This document shows, piece after piece, positions 33,755 to 43,463 of a DNA stretch of 64,000 nt (positions are counted from its first letter, which is position 1; every line of letters begins with the position of its first letter). Position numbers and translations under genes: made by a program. Under the pieces are notes generated by a model that saw only the letters and a list, made by a program, of their open reading frames with translations, was not told where the DNA came from and searched no databases. Source of the stretch: Nannocystis bainbridge (lineage in GTDB: Bacteria > Myxococcota_A > Polyangia > Nannocystales > Nannocystaceae); contig NZ_JAQNDL010000001.1 in NCBI RefSeq assembly GCF_028368995.1, positions 2,240,001 through 2,304,000 on the forward strand. The letters run 5' to 3'.

Positions 33755-34100
33755 AGGCCGGCCTCCTACCCACCGCCCCATCGACGCTGCGGCCGGCACC
33801 GCACGAACGAGCCGGCCTCCTACCTACCGCCTTGCCCGATCGACGCTGCGGCCGGCACCGCCCGAACGAGAGGCGGCCTCCGGTCTACCGCCTGGCCACA
33901 CTGCGGCCGGCACCGCGCGAACGAAGCGGCCTCCTACCCACCGCCCCATCGACGCTGCGGCCGGCGCCGCACGAACGAGTCGGCCTCCTACCTACCGCCT
34001 TGCCCCATCGGCGCTGTGGCCAGCACCGCACGAACGAGAGCCGGCCTCCGACCTACCGCCTGGCCACACTGCGGCCGGCACCGCGCGAACGAAGCGGCGC
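33755..34100. repeat. Higher-order tandem repeat: six 53-61 bp units arranged (ABC)x2, 168-bp period
   Basis: GGCCTCC unit starts at 33760, 33814, 33875, 33928, 33982 and 34043. Shared core CTGCGGCCGGCACCGCnCGAACGA. Confidence 0.92.
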
Positions 34101-34127
34101 CGCCCGAGACCTGCCCTTTCGGCCAGC

Positions 34128-35456
34128 TCAGCTCAGCGCCTGCATCGCGCGGGCGAGGCGGGGCAGCGCCGCCTTGATCTCGTCCTCCGAGACCGCGCCG
34201 ACGCTGAGGCGGAACCAGCCCTCGTCACCCGGCACGCCGAACGCCTGGAACGGGACGATGCCGATGCCGGCGTCGGTCAGCAGGTACTTGCGGACATCCT
34301 CGTTCGTCTGCAGCACCTGGCCGGCGGGCGTGCGGCGGCCGAACGGGTTGATGCGCACCGTCAGATAGATCGCGCCCATCGGCGGGATGCTGTCGACCTG
34401 CAGGCCGTCCTTCTTGAGGCCCTGGAAGCCGGTGTGGAGCAGCTCGAGCCGGCGGTCGAGGCCGTGCAGGAAATGGTCCGCGTAGGTGTGGATCGCCGCG
34501 GTGTCGTTGAGCAGGTCGACGGTCGCCATCTGCTCGGGCCGCGGCGCCCAGGCGCCGACGTGGCCGAGCACGGCCGACATCTGCTTGATGATGTCGACCG
34601 GGCCGACCGCCCAGCCGACGCGCAGGCCGGTGGCCGCGAACGCCTTGCTGATGCCGTCGACGAACACGGTGTAGCGGGCCATCTCCGGCCGCAGCCCTGG
34701 CGGCGTCACGTGCTTGGTGTCGCCGAAGCGCAGCATCCAGTAGATGTGGTCGTACATCAGGTAGACCGGCCGCTCGCCGCGTTGCTCGCGCTTGCGGTTC
34801 TCCTCGAGGATCGCGTCGCAGATGCCGCGCAGCGCGTCAGGGGTGATCGCCGTGCCGGTCGGGTTGAGCGGCGAGTTGAGGCACACCAGGCGCGCCGACG
34901 GCAGCTCGGACAGCAGCGCCTCGCCGGTCGGCAGGAATCGGGTCTCGGGCCCGCACACCACCGGCACCCCACGGGCGCCGCACATGTGCACGTAGTGGTT
35001 GTTGTTCCAGCTCGGCACCGGATAGATCACGGTGTCGCCGGCGTCGACCACCGTGCGGTAGAGGCCGTAGATCACCGGGCGCGCGCCGCCGGCGACCAGG
35101 AAGCTGTCGAGCGGGTAGCGCAGCCCCAGCTCGCGCTCGTAGAACCGCTGGATCGCCTCGCGCAGCTCGACCTGGCCGTTGGCCGCCGGGTAGTTGGTCT
35201 CGCTGCGCTCGAGCGCCCGGAGGATCGCCTTTTGCAGCACCTCGGGGATCGGGAACTGCTTGGGGCTGAAGTCGCCGACCGTGAGGTTGCAGACCGGCAC
35301 GCCCTGACCCATCAGCGCCCGGATCTCGGCCGCGATCTTGAGGATCTCCGAGCCGACCAGCGCCCCGGCCATCGTCGACAGCCGGGCGGCCGGGTCGGGG
35401 CCCGCGGCGTTGGCGTGGGCGGTGAGGTCGGTCTGCGCGCTCTGGACGTCCTGCAT
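34128..35456 (-). CDS. PLP-dependent aminotransferase class I/II (AspC-like)
   Basis: NLTVGDF, NSPLNPTG, YDHIY, DGISKAFAATGLRVGW. Confidence 0.9.
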   Translation of the reverse strand: MQDVQSAQTDLTAHANAAGPDPAARLSTMAGALVGSEILKIAAEIRALMGQGVPVCNLTVGDFSPKQFPIPEVLQKAILRALERSETNYPAANGQVELREAIQRFYERELGLRYPLDSFLVAGGARPVIYGLYRTVVDAGDTVIYPVPSWNNNHYVHMCGARGVPVVCGPETRFLPTGEALLSELPSARLVCLNSPLNPTGTAITPDALRGICDAILEENRKREQRGERPVYLMYDHIYWMLRFGDTKHVTPPGLRPEMARYTVFVDGISKAFAATGLRVGWAVGPVDIIKQMSAVLGHVGAWAPRPEQMATVDLLNDTAAIHTYADHFLHGLDRRLELLHTGFQGLKKDGLQVDSIPPMGAIYLTVRINPFGRRTPAGQVLQTNEDVRKYLLTDAGIGIVPFQAFGVPGDEGWFRLSVGAVSEDEIKAALPRLARAMQALS

Positions 35457-35486
35457 CGCCACAACTATGCCACACTCCTGCGCCCC

Positions 35487-36683
35487 ATGAGCAGCGCTCG
35501 CCAGCCGCACCTCACAGCTCGCCTCCAAGGATTCGGCACCACGATCTTCACCGAGATGACGCGCCTTGCGATTCAATTCGGCGCAGTCAACCTCGGCCAG
35601 GGCTTCCCCAACTTTGATGGGCCCGACTTCATCAAAGAGGCCGCGATCGCTGCGATCCGCGCCGGCGCCAACCAGTACTGCCGCATGAGCGGGCTGCCCG
35701 AGCTGAATCGCGCGATCGCGGCGCATCAGCAGCGCTTCTACGACCTCTCTTACGATCCCGACAGCGAGGTCACCGTGTACTCGGGCGCGACCGAGGCCAT
35801 CTGCGCGACGCTGCAAGCGCTGTGCGACACCGGCGACGAGGTCGTGTTGTTCGAGCCCTTCTACGACTCCTATCGCGCCAGCGTCACCATGGCCGGCGCG
35901 GTCCCGAAGGTCGTCACGCTGCACGCGCCCGACTTCGCGTACCGCCCCGAAGAGCTCGAAGCCGCCATTACCCCCAAGACCCGGGCAATTCTCCTGAATA
36001 CCCCGCACAACCCCACGGGGAAGGTTTTCACGCGCGGCGAGCTCGAGCATGTCGCGAGCCTCTGCAAGCGCTTCGACCTCATCGCCATCACCGACGAAGT
36101 CTACGAGCACCTCGTGTATGAGGGCTCGCACGTGCCGCTGGCGACGCTGCCGGGGATGCGAGAGCGCACCGTGCTGATCTCCTCGTCGGGCAAGACCTTC
36201 AGCTTCACCGGCTGGAAGGTCGGGCATACCTGCGCGCCCCCGGCGCTCAGCGCTGCGATTCGCTGTGCGCACCAATTCGTGACCTTCTGCACGGCCACGC
36301 CGTTTCAGCACGCGCTCGCCAAGGCCTTCGTCGCCGATGACGCCTTCTTCACCGGCCTCGTCGCCGAGTACCGCGCGCGCCGCGATCGCCTGTGCCAGGG
36401 CCTGCGCGAGCTCGGCTTCGGCGTGCTCGCGCCGGCCGGCGCCTACTTCGTCATGACCGACATCCGCCCGCTCGGTTACGCCGACGACGTCGAGTTCTGC
36501 CGCATGTTGCCGGAGCAGGTCGGCGTCGCCGCCATCCCGCCGTCGTCGTTCTACGAGCACCCGGCCGCCGGCCGTCACCTGGTGCGCTGGGCCTTCTGCA
36601 AGACCGACGACGTGCTCGACGAGGGCCTGCGCCGGCTGCAGAAGCTGCCGCGTCGCCCGCCGCTGGTCGGCGCCGCCGGATGA
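35487..36683 (+). CDS. PLP-dependent methionine/glutamine aminotransferase (YbdL/kynurenine aminotransferase-like)
   Basis: TTIFTEM, AVNLGQGFP, NTPHNPTG, DEVYEH, SSGKTFSFTGWKVG, RWAFCK. Confidence 0.92.
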   Translation: MSSARQPHLTARLQGFGTTIFTEMTRLAIQFGAVNLGQGFPNFDGPDFIKEAAIAAIRAGANQYCRMSGLPELNRAIAAHQQRFYDLSYDPDSEVTVYSGATEAICATLQALCDTGDEVVLFEPFYDSYRASVTMAGAVPKVVTLHAPDFAYRPEELEAAITPKTRAILLNTPHNPTGKVFTRGELEHVASLCKRFDLIAITDEVYEHLVYEGSHVPLATLPGMRERTVLISSSGKTFSFTGWKVGHTCAPPALSAAIRCAHQFVTFCTATPFQHALAKAFVADDAFFTGLVAEYRARRDRLCQGLRELGFGVLAPAGAYFVMTDIRPLGYADDVEFCRMLPEQVGVAAIPPSSFYEHPAAGRHLVRWAFCKTDDVLDEGLRRLQKLPRRPPLVGAAG

Positions 36684-36728
36684 CCTATCAGACATGACCC
36701 GAAGGACAGCACGCAGGGAGACCGGAGC

Positions 36729-37493
36729 ATGAAGATCGCGGCGATCCAGAGCGACATCGCGTGGGAGGACCCGGAGGCCAACTTCACCCGCTTGCGCCCG
36801 TGGGTGGCCGCGGCGGCCGCCGCCGGCGCCGGGCTGGTAGTGCTGCCGGAGATGTTCGCCTGCGGCTTCTCGATGACCACCGCCAAGATCGCCGAGCCGC
36901 CGGGCGGGCCCTCGACCCGCTTCCTCGAGCACCAGGCGCGCCAGCACGGCCTGTGGATCTGCGGCAGCGTGCCCGAGGTCCCGCACGACGAGGCCAAGCC
37001 CTACAACACCCTGGTGCTCGCCAGCCCGCACGGCCAGGTCGTCCGCTACCGCAAGATCCACCCGTTCTCGTTCGCCAGGGAGGACGAGCACTACGGCGCC
37101 GGCAGCGACCACGTCACCGTCGACGTCGACGGCCTGCGCTGCACCCTGTTCGTCTGCTACGACCTCCGCTTCGCGGACGAGTTCTGGGGCCGCGCCGAGC
37201 AGACCGACGCGTACATCGTGGTCGCCAACTGGCCCGAGCGCCGGCGCCACCACTGGACCACCCTGCTGCAGGCCCGCGCGATCGAGAACCAGGCCTACGT
37301 CGTCGGCGTCAACCGCGTCGGTCAGGGCAACGGCCTCGACTACAGCGGCGACAGCCGGATCGTCGACCCCTGGGGCGAGGTGCTCGCATCCGCCGCCGGC
37401 GGCGAGACCATGGTGCTCGCCGACGTCCGCCCCGAGGTGGTCCGCGACGCGCGCGAGCGCTTCCCTGTCCTCAAGGACAGGCGCAAGCCGTAG
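36729..37493 (+). CDS. Carbon-nitrogen hydrolase (omega-amidase, YafV/Nit2-like)
   Basis: E-K-C triad in LPEMF, YRKIH and CYDLRF, plus ARAIENQ. Confidence 0.92.
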   Translation: MKIAAIQSDIAWEDPEANFTRLRPWVAAAAAAGAGLVVLPEMFACGFSMTTAKIAEPPGGPSTRFLEHQARQHGLWICGSVPEVPHDEAKPYNTLVLASPHGQVVRYRKIHPFSFAREDEHYGAGSDHVTVDVDGLRCTLFVCYDLRFADEFWGRAEQTDAYIVVANWPERRRHHWTTLLQARAIENQAYVVGVNRVGQGNGLDYSGDSRIVDPWGEVLASAAGGETMVLADVRPEVVRDARERFPVLKDRRKP

Positions 37494-37510
37494 CCCCGCG
37501 GCCGCGCGCC

Positions 37511-37996
37511 TCATGTCCGAACGGACATGTCCCATCCGCCATCCTCCGCCAGCGCCAGCAACGCGGCGCGGGTGACCACCAGCGGCGTGAACGTCAGCGC
37601 CCCGAAGCCGCACGCGATCGTCTGCCGGGCCCAGCCCACGTCCTCGTCGCCGACGATCGCCAGCAGCCCCGCCGGCCCGCCGCGGCGCAGCCCCAGCAGG
37701 GCGGCGTAGCACGGCCACAGGTACGCCCGCGCCTGCTCCTCGCGCGCCTGCGGGGCCACGATCGCCAGCCACGTCGAGGGCCCGCCGACCCGGCGCAGCG
37801 CGAACGCCAGGTCGGCCGCCCACTCGTGGCCGTACGCGTAGAGCTGGGTGTCGCCGACGTCGACCGCCTCGGCGCGGGCCGGCTGCTCGAGCTCCCAGCC
37901 GAGCAGCCGGTGCAGGGCGACGATCAGCAGCTCGGGCCGGCGTTGCAGGAGGTCGAGGACGGGGTCGACGGGCGAGGCGCACACCGGCCTCGCCAT
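37511..37996 (-). CDS. Hypothetical protein; degenerate Rpn/PD-(D/E)XK-like N-terminal domain
   Basis: LLQRRPEL..ADLAF..IVAPQ..YLWPCYAALL..WARQTI resembles, from recall, the myxobacterial RPEL..ADLV..VEVQ..WP.Y..WA..PI family. Confidence 0.55.
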   Translation of the reverse strand: MARPVCASPVDPVLDLLQRRPELLIVALHRLLGWELEQPARAEAVDVGDTQLYAYGHEWAADLAFALRRVGGPSTWLAIVAPQAREEQARAYLWPCYAALLGLRRGGPAGLLAIVGDEDVGWARQTIACGFGALTFTPLVVTRAALLALAEDGGWDMSVRT

Positions 37997-38090
37997 GCAC
38001 GCCGCGCCGCCGCGAATTCCTCAACGCTCTCGCGCCGCCTCCCTGCGGGCCCGGCCAGCCCGCGGGACGCCCGGCCCGCCCGCGGGCCGC

Positions 38091-38600
38091 TCACTCGGCC
38101 GGCACGTGGACCACCAGGTCGGCGCCCTTGCGCTTCAGGCACACGGCGCACGCGTCGGGCACCAGCGGCTCCTCGTAGCGCGGCTCGAAGGTCTCCTCGA
38201 CCACCGTCACGCCGTCGCGCTCGACCGCGACCACGAACTTCGCCGGGCCGCTCCAGATGTTGCCGCGCGTCTCCAGCACCTCGAGCTCGAGCCCGGTCTC
38301 GCCGGCCCGGGCCAGCACCGACAGCGTGCCGTCGTCCTCGCCGTCAGCGAAGTCAGTGAAGAAATCGAGCGCGCAGTCATCCGCCGGCAGCGCGCAGCTC
38401 CACGACTTCTCGGCGTAGTCGGTGACGACGCGGAACGTGTACGCCCCGGGCCGCAGGCGCCCGCCGGGCCCGCCGTCGTCGACCACCGCCACCGGCACCG
38501 AGGCCTCGCAGCCCGGGGTCATGCAGATGCCCGACGACTTGTTGCAGCCGAGCGGCGCCGCCGCGATGACCAGTCCCAAGAGCCATGTCCGTTGCAGCAT
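38091..38600 (-). CDS. Hypothetical lipoprotein
   Basis: Lipobox APLGC, paired Cys residues, and a GAAGGAGAGG RBS. Confidence 0.75.
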   Translation of the reverse strand: MLQRTWLLGLVIAAAPLGCNKSSGICMTPGCEASVPVAVVDDGGPGGRLRPGAYTFRVVTDYAEKSWSCALPADDCALDFFTDFADGEDDGTLSVLARAGETGLELEVLETRGNIWSGPAKFVVAVERDGVTVVEETFEPRYEEPLVPDACAVCLKRKGADLVVHVPAE

Positions 38601-38777
38601 GTCCTCTCCTTCATGACCTTACGAGCAGGTCCCAGCGCCGGCCCTCGGCCCGCTCGCCGGCGTTCGACGCCGTGCGGGGCGCCGATTCGCGCCGCGGAGC
38701 GGCCGCAGGAGCGTCTGCTGGGGGCTCGCCAGGCCCGGCCGGCATACCAGGGCGGGCGCGGCGCAGCAACCGCCGGT

Positions 38778-39398
38778 TCACAGGACCGAGCGCACGAGCG
38801 CGACCAGCCGCGGCGCCTCGCGCACGAGCTCGGTCAGCGCGACGTCGCGGCGCGAGCGGAACACGAAGCCGATCAGCCGGTCATGCTGGCGCCACATCAC
38901 CAGGTACGCCGACTCGGAGGTCGAGCGGCCGGCGTCGAGGCTCGACAGCTGCTTGAAGCCGACCGACAGGCCGTCGATGAGCTCGACGCGCGGCATGTCC
39001 TGGATCGCCGCGTCGGCCTCGGCTCGCCGCACCGCCAGCTCCGTCGAGCCGCCCGGGACCTCCTGGTAGATCGGCTCGAATTGCGTGCTGGTGTCGACCG
39101 CGCCGCCGAGCGCTCGCCCGATCTCCACCGCCACCGGCACCACCTGCTCGCCCTTCGCCAGCACCGCCTCGATGCCCGACGACGACGCGCTGGCGCCCTG
39201 CCGCAGCCAGCCCCTGGCCGCCTCCGACAGCTCGCCGAGGTTCAGCTGCCCCGCCCACGCGCGGGCCGCCCGCGCCGCCTCCGCGGTCCGCGAGCCGGCC
39301 ATCTCGGCCATCTCCGCGGCCCGCGTGCGGCTCTCGGACCCGTCGCAGCCGCACAGGCCCGCTCCGACCAGGAGCCATGTCCACAGCCGACTTCGCAC
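38778..39398 (-). CDS. Hypothetical lipoprotein
   Basis: Signal ending GLCGC, with a GGAGG RBS upstream. Confidence 0.7.
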   Translation of the reverse strand: MRSRLWTWLLVGAGLCGCDGSESRTRAAEMAEMAGSRTAEAARAARAWAGQLNLGELSEAARGWLRQGASASSSGIEAVLAKGEQVVPVAVEIGRALGGAVDTSTQFEPIYQEVPGGSTELAVRRAEADAAIQDMPRVELIDGLSVGFKQLSSLDAGRSTSESAYLVMWRQHDRLIGFVFRSRRDVALTELVREAPRLVALVRSVL

Positions 39399-39458
39399 GC
39401 CTCCAGTCTAGCAGATCCGTCGCCGCTGCCTGACGCCGGTCTCGTATACTGCGCGCGC

Positions 39459-41147
39459 GTGTCCGTCCTGCGCACGATCGTCAGCTCCTCGCGCGCCCTC
39501 GTCACGGGCGCCAAGGACGTCGCCCGCTTCCGCGAGATCGCCACCGTCTTCGTCCGTCACGGCTTCGGCTGGTGGGTCGCCCAGCTCAAGCTGCGCCGCG
39601 AGCTGCAGATCGAGCTCTCGGGCGGCGAGCTGACCCGCGCCGCCGTCGGCAACGCCGACTCCGGCAAGCGCCTCGTGGCCGCGTTTACGCAGCTCGGCCC
39701 GACCTTCGTCAAGCTCGGCCAGATCCTCTCGACCCGCCCCGACCTGCTGTCCGACGCCGTCATCGCCGAGCTGACCTGTCTGCAAGACCAGGTGTCGCCG
39801 CTGCCCTTCGAGCAGATCGAGGGCCAGCTGCGCAGCAACCTCGGGCCCAAGTGGCGCGAGCAGTTCAGCGAGATCGACGAGGCCCCGCTGGCCTCGGCCA
39901 GCATCGCCCAGGTCCACCGCGCCACCCTCACGACCGGCGAGCGCGTGGCCCTCAAGGTCCAGCGGCCCGGGCTGCGGCCGAAGATCGTCAGCGACCTCAA
40001 CATCTTGCTGGCGACCGCCGGCTACGTCGAGGAGGCCTTCCCCGAGGCCGCGGCGATGGACCTCGTCGGCGTCATCCGCGGGTTCGCCAAGTCGCTGGCG
40101 CAGGAGCTCGACTTCTGCGTCGAGGCGCGCAACATCGCCCGCTTCCACCGCAACTTCGCCAGCGACGACAACGTCCGCGTGCCCGCGGTCTACGACGCCC
40201 TCAGCACCGAGGAGGTGCTGTGCATGGAGTTCATCGAGGGCCGCAAGTTCAGCGAGGTGCTGCAGTCGGGCGAGGACACCCGGCCGCTGGTCGAGGTCTA
40301 CTTCAAGACCGCCTACAAGATGCTGTTCATCGACGGCTTCTTCCACGGCGACCTGCACCCCGGCAACGTGCTCGTGCAGGAGGGCGGGCGCCTGGCGATC
40401 ATCGACTGCGGCATGGTCGGCCGGCTGTCGCCGTCGATGAAGGACAAGCTGATCGACATCCTGTGGGCGGTGATGTCAGAGGACATGGAGGCGCTGGCGC
40501 GCTCGTTCTACGCCCTGGCGATCCCGACCGCCGGCAAGGTCGACTACGCCGCGTTCGAGGCCGACGTGGTCGAGATCGCCGAGCGCTACCTCGGCGGCAT
40601 GCCGCTGTCCGAGCTGCAGATCGGCGAGCTGTTCGGCGAGCTGGTGGCCGGCGCCACGCGCCACCGCGTGCGCATGCCGACCGACTTCACGATGATGTTC
40701 AAGGCGATCCTCACCACCGAGGGCCTGGCCCGCTCGATCGCCCCCGACGTCGACCCGCTCGAGCAGGCGCGCCCGTTCATCTCGCAGATGATCCAGGACC
40801 GCTACAGCAGCGAACGGATCAAGCAGACCCTGCTCTCCGACTTTCACCTGCTGTCACGCGCGGCCCACAGCCTGCCGCAGCGGCTGCCGGCGCTGCTCGA
40901 GGACATCCACGAGGGCCGGCTCGCCGTCGGCCTCGCGCCGGCGTCGTTGGCGGCGCTCGACAAGGCCTCCGAGCGCCGCATGAACCAGGGCGTACGCGCC
41001 GCGCTGACGATCACTTGCATCGCCTGCGGCACGTACGCCCTCGGCCTCGGACTGCCGGCCACGTCGCCGATCGGGATCCCGTGGATCTCGACCCTGTTCT
41101 TCGCGGCCGCCGCCTACGGCGTGATCGGCCTGCGCTGGCGCTCGTGA
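39459..41147 (+). CDS. ABC1/UbiB (AarF) atypical kinase
   Basis: LGPTFVKLGQILSTRPD, ASASIAQVH, KVQRPG, HGDLHPGN, IDCGMVG. Confidence 0.93.
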   Translation: MSVLRTIVSSSRALVTGAKDVARFREIATVFVRHGFGWWVAQLKLRRELQIELSGGELTRAAVGNADSGKRLVAAFTQLGPTFVKLGQILSTRPDLLSDAVIAELTCLQDQVSPLPFEQIEGQLRSNLGPKWREQFSEIDEAPLASASIAQVHRATLTTGERVALKVQRPGLRPKIVSDLNILLATAGYVEEAFPEAAAMDLVGVIRGFAKSLAQELDFCVEARNIARFHRNFASDDNVRVPAVYDALSTEEVLCMEFIEGRKFSEVLQSGEDTRPLVEVYFKTAYKMLFIDGFFHGDLHPGNVLVQEGGRLAIIDCGMVGRLSPSMKDKLIDILWAVMSEDMEALARSFYALAIPTAGKVDYAAFEADVVEIAERYLGGMPLSELQIGELFGELVAGATRHRVRMPTDFTMMFKAILTTEGLARSIAPDVDPLEQARPFISQMIQDRYSSERIKQTLLSDFHLLSRAAHSLPQRLPALLEDIHEGRLAVGLAPASLAALDKASERRMNQGVRAALTITCIACGTYALGLGLPATSPIGIPWISTLFFAAAAYGVIGLRWRS

Positions 41148-41154
41148 GCGCGGC

Positions 41155-41922
41155 TCACTGGCAGAAGCCAGCCTGGCCCGGGAACGGCTGGTCGCAGGCG
41201 TTGCTCAGGCAGTCGGCGTTGCTGTTGCACGGCGCGAACGTGCCGCCGTCGCTGCAATAGCCGACCACCGCGTTGGGCTGGTCCTTGATGCACTTCCAGT
41301 CGGTCGGGCAGTTCGACGCCTCGGTGCACACACCGATCAGGCAGATCTTGTCCTTGTCGGGCAGGAGGCCGTTGTTGCACACCGCGCCCTCGGTGCCGGT
41401 CGGGCAGGTGCCGTCCTGCGAGCAGTACGGCAGCGTGTAGCAGCTCGCCTTGTCCTCCGTCTCCTGGAAGCAGACCGCGTTCGACTCGCAGCCGTCGTCG
41501 ACCGGCGAGGGCGTGCACTGGGTCGGCGGCGGCGGGGTGCTGCAGAAGCCGCTCTTGCACACCTGGCCCTCCTCGCACGGCACCTCGGGGCAGGTGGTGA
41601 CCTCCTTGTTGTGGCACAGCATGTCGGTGTCGGTCGCGCAGAACTGATCCTCCGCGCAGTCACCGTTGCTGGTGCAGCCGATCGCGCAGATGCCGTTCCA
41701 GCAGAACTGGCCGTCCGGGCACGGGTTGGACGAGCTGCACGGGCCCGGCTCACCGCCGCCGTCGGTGGGGTTACCCGAGGGGTTGCCCGTGGGGTCGCCC
41801 TGGGACGCGGCGCTGTCGGTCTCGTCCGCGGTGTCGGTGCCGTCGCCGAGCGAGGCGTTGCAGGCCGCGAGGCACAGGGCGGCGAAGATCGAGCGGAGCT
41901 TCAAGGTGGTAGTGATCGTCAT
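41155..41922 (-). CDS. Cys-rich repeat lipoprotein
   Basis: Lipobox LCLAAC and repeated C-x4-C-x4-C modules. Confidence 0.8.
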   Translation of the reverse strand: MTITTTLKLRSIFAALCLAACNASLGDGTDTADETDSAASQGDPTGNPSGNPTDGGGEPGPCSSSNPCPDGQFCWNGICAIGCTSNGDCAEDQFCATDTDMLCHNKEVTTCPEVPCEEGQVCKSGFCSTPPPPTQCTPSPVDDGCESNAVCFQETEDKASCYTLPYCSQDGTCPTGTEGAVCNNGLLPDKDKICLIGVCTEASNCPTDWKCIKDQPNAVVGYCSDGGTFAPCNSNADCLSNACDQPFPGQAGFCQ

Positions 41923-42066
41923 TGGCGTCGTTCTCTCGTTCCGTCTATTCGTTACCGTCGCGGCGATTTTTCAGCGGCCCAGACCCGCGAGGTTCCTCAA
42001 TCGGCGGGCGGCGTGAGCCGATGAATACCGGCGCAGGCGGACTCATGTCCGCGAATTCCATCTCAG

Positions 42067-42116
42067 GACATGGTTAAACGGACATGTACCATCATACATG
42101 TCTCACAGGACATCAG
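42067..42116. repeat. 14-bp-phased palindrome array (4 junctions)
   Basis: GACATGGT 42067, GACATGTA 42081, TACATGTC 42095, GACATCAG 42109. Confidence 0.8.
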
Positions 42117-42124
42117 GGCGTTCT

Positions 42125-42880
42125 TCACGCACCGGCGCAGCTGCTCTTGACCCGCGGCGCGTGCGTCGAGTCGGGCCACTTCGCCAGCATGTCGCGAGCC
42201 ACCCGCCGCGCGTCGGCGACGCGACCGGCGGCGCACAGCGCCTCGACGTGATAGGCGATCCGCTCCTGCACCAGCTGCCCGCCCGCGAACCGCCGCGCGT
42301 GCTCGTCCACCCCGGCCAGCGCGCGGGCGCTGTCGTTGCGCTTGAGCGCGCCGCGGATCTCGGCGATGAGCTTGAGCTCGGCGGCGAAGTCCGCGGGCTC
42401 TTCCTCCACAGGCGGGGCGTCGATGCGAGGCCTGGGACGCGACTTCTTGCGCGCCTCGGTCGGCTCCTCGGGCGCAGGCTCGGGCGCTTCCACGACCGCA
42501 GGCGCGGGCGTGACGCTCGGCGTCACGACCGGCTCCGGCGCGGGTGCGAGCGGCGCAGGCGTGGCGATGTTCGGCCTGGCCTCGGGGACAGCTTCGATCG
42601 CGGCCACGGACACCACCTGCGGCGCCTCGGGCCGATCGCGCGCGCTCCACAGGCCGACCGCGGCGGCGATCAGCGCGACCCCGGCGATGACCTTCAAGAC
42701 CACGCCGCCGCCCCCGGTGGCGCCTCCGAGCGCACCGGGGTCCACGTCGGCGCCGCCGGGCGGAGCTGGCCCATGGGCCAGGCGATGCTCGACGGCGGCC
42801 CAGATCCGGTCCTCCGCGCCCGCCTCGGGCACGGCCTCGCGCTCGCCGCGGAGCAGGTCTTCGAGCCGGTCGGACTGCAT
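42125..42880 (-). CDS. Putative anti-sigma-like membrane protein with Pro-rich linker and C-terminal TPR-like helices
   Basis: Coupled to the ECF stop codon. One TM helix, a Pro-rich linker, and HARRFAGGQLVQER..ALC..WPDSTHA. Confidence 0.7.
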   Translation of the reverse strand: MQSDRLEDLLRGEREAVPEAGAEDRIWAAVEHRLAHGPAPPGGADVDPGALGGATGGGGVVLKVIAGVALIAAAVGLWSARDRPEAPQVVSVAAIEAVPEARPNIATPAPLAPAPEPVVTPSVTPAPAVVEAPEPAPEEPTEARKKSRPRPRIDAPPVEEEPADFAAELKLIAEIRGALKRNDSARALAGVDEHARRFAGGQLVQERIAYHVEALCAAGRVADARRVARDMLAKWPDSTHAPRVKSSCAGA

Positions 42881-43416
42881 CAGCGCACCTCCTTGGCCGC
42901 CGCCACAAACAACGCACGCTCGAGCTGCTGCCGAGCCGCGCGCAGCCGCGAGTACACGGTGTTGACGTTGAGCCCGAGCCCGACGGCGATCTCCTGCGCC
43001 GTCATGCCCTCGAGCTCGGCCAGCACGAACACCGCCCGCCGCTCGTCGTCGAGCTGGTCGAGCAATTTTAATAATGTGTCGGTCGCGTCCTTGCGCGCGT
43101 AAGGGTCGGAGCCGCCGCCCTCGGCGTGAGCCTCGGCGAACGCCTCGACCCGCCGCAGGTGCCGCGAGGCGCTGCGCCGATGGACCTGGACCACGCGCAT
43201 GGTGATGGCGAACAGCCAGGTCCGCATCGAGGCCTCGCCGCGGAACTCGGCCAGCCGGCGAGCGACGATCAGGAACACGTCCTGGACGACGTCGTCGAGC
43301 GCGGGCGCGGGCGCGCCGAGCCGCCGGGCGCTGCGCCACACGAACTGGAAGTGCTCGCGATAGGCCGCCACCAGCGCGGGGCTGGGCGGGGCGGCGGCTT
43401 GAGCGGCGGCGGTCAT
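42880..43416 (-). CDS. ECF sigma-70 factor
   Basis: FVWRSARRLG, DDVVQDVF, RTWLFAI, EIAVGLGLNVNTVYSRL. Confidence 0.92.
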   Translation of the reverse strand: MTAAAQAAAPPSPALVAAYREHFQFVWRSARRLGAPAPALDDVVQDVFLIVARRLAEFRGEASMRTWLFAITMRVVQVHRRSASRHLRRVEAFAEAHAEGGGSDPYARKDATDTLLKLLDQLDDERRAVFVLAELEGMTAQEIAVGLGLNVNTVYSRLRAARQQLERALFVAAAKEVR

Positions 43417-43463
43417 CGGATCGGGGGTTTGTGACCGGCTCCGCGATTTATCATCACGGGTCA

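Noticed and set aside
33755-34100. Possible CRISPR array
   Set aside because: The variable segments repeat (ABCABC), the units are degenerate, and there are no cas genes.
33661-34368. ORFs spanning the tandem repeat
   Set aside because: All frames give low-complexity Arg/Pro repeats, which is an artefact of the GC-rich repeat.
33687-38024. 998-aa and 1298-aa ORFs as large fusion proteins
   Set aside because: Only the distal parts encode aminotransferases. The extensions are antisense to neighbouring genes. The same applies to 37848-41147.
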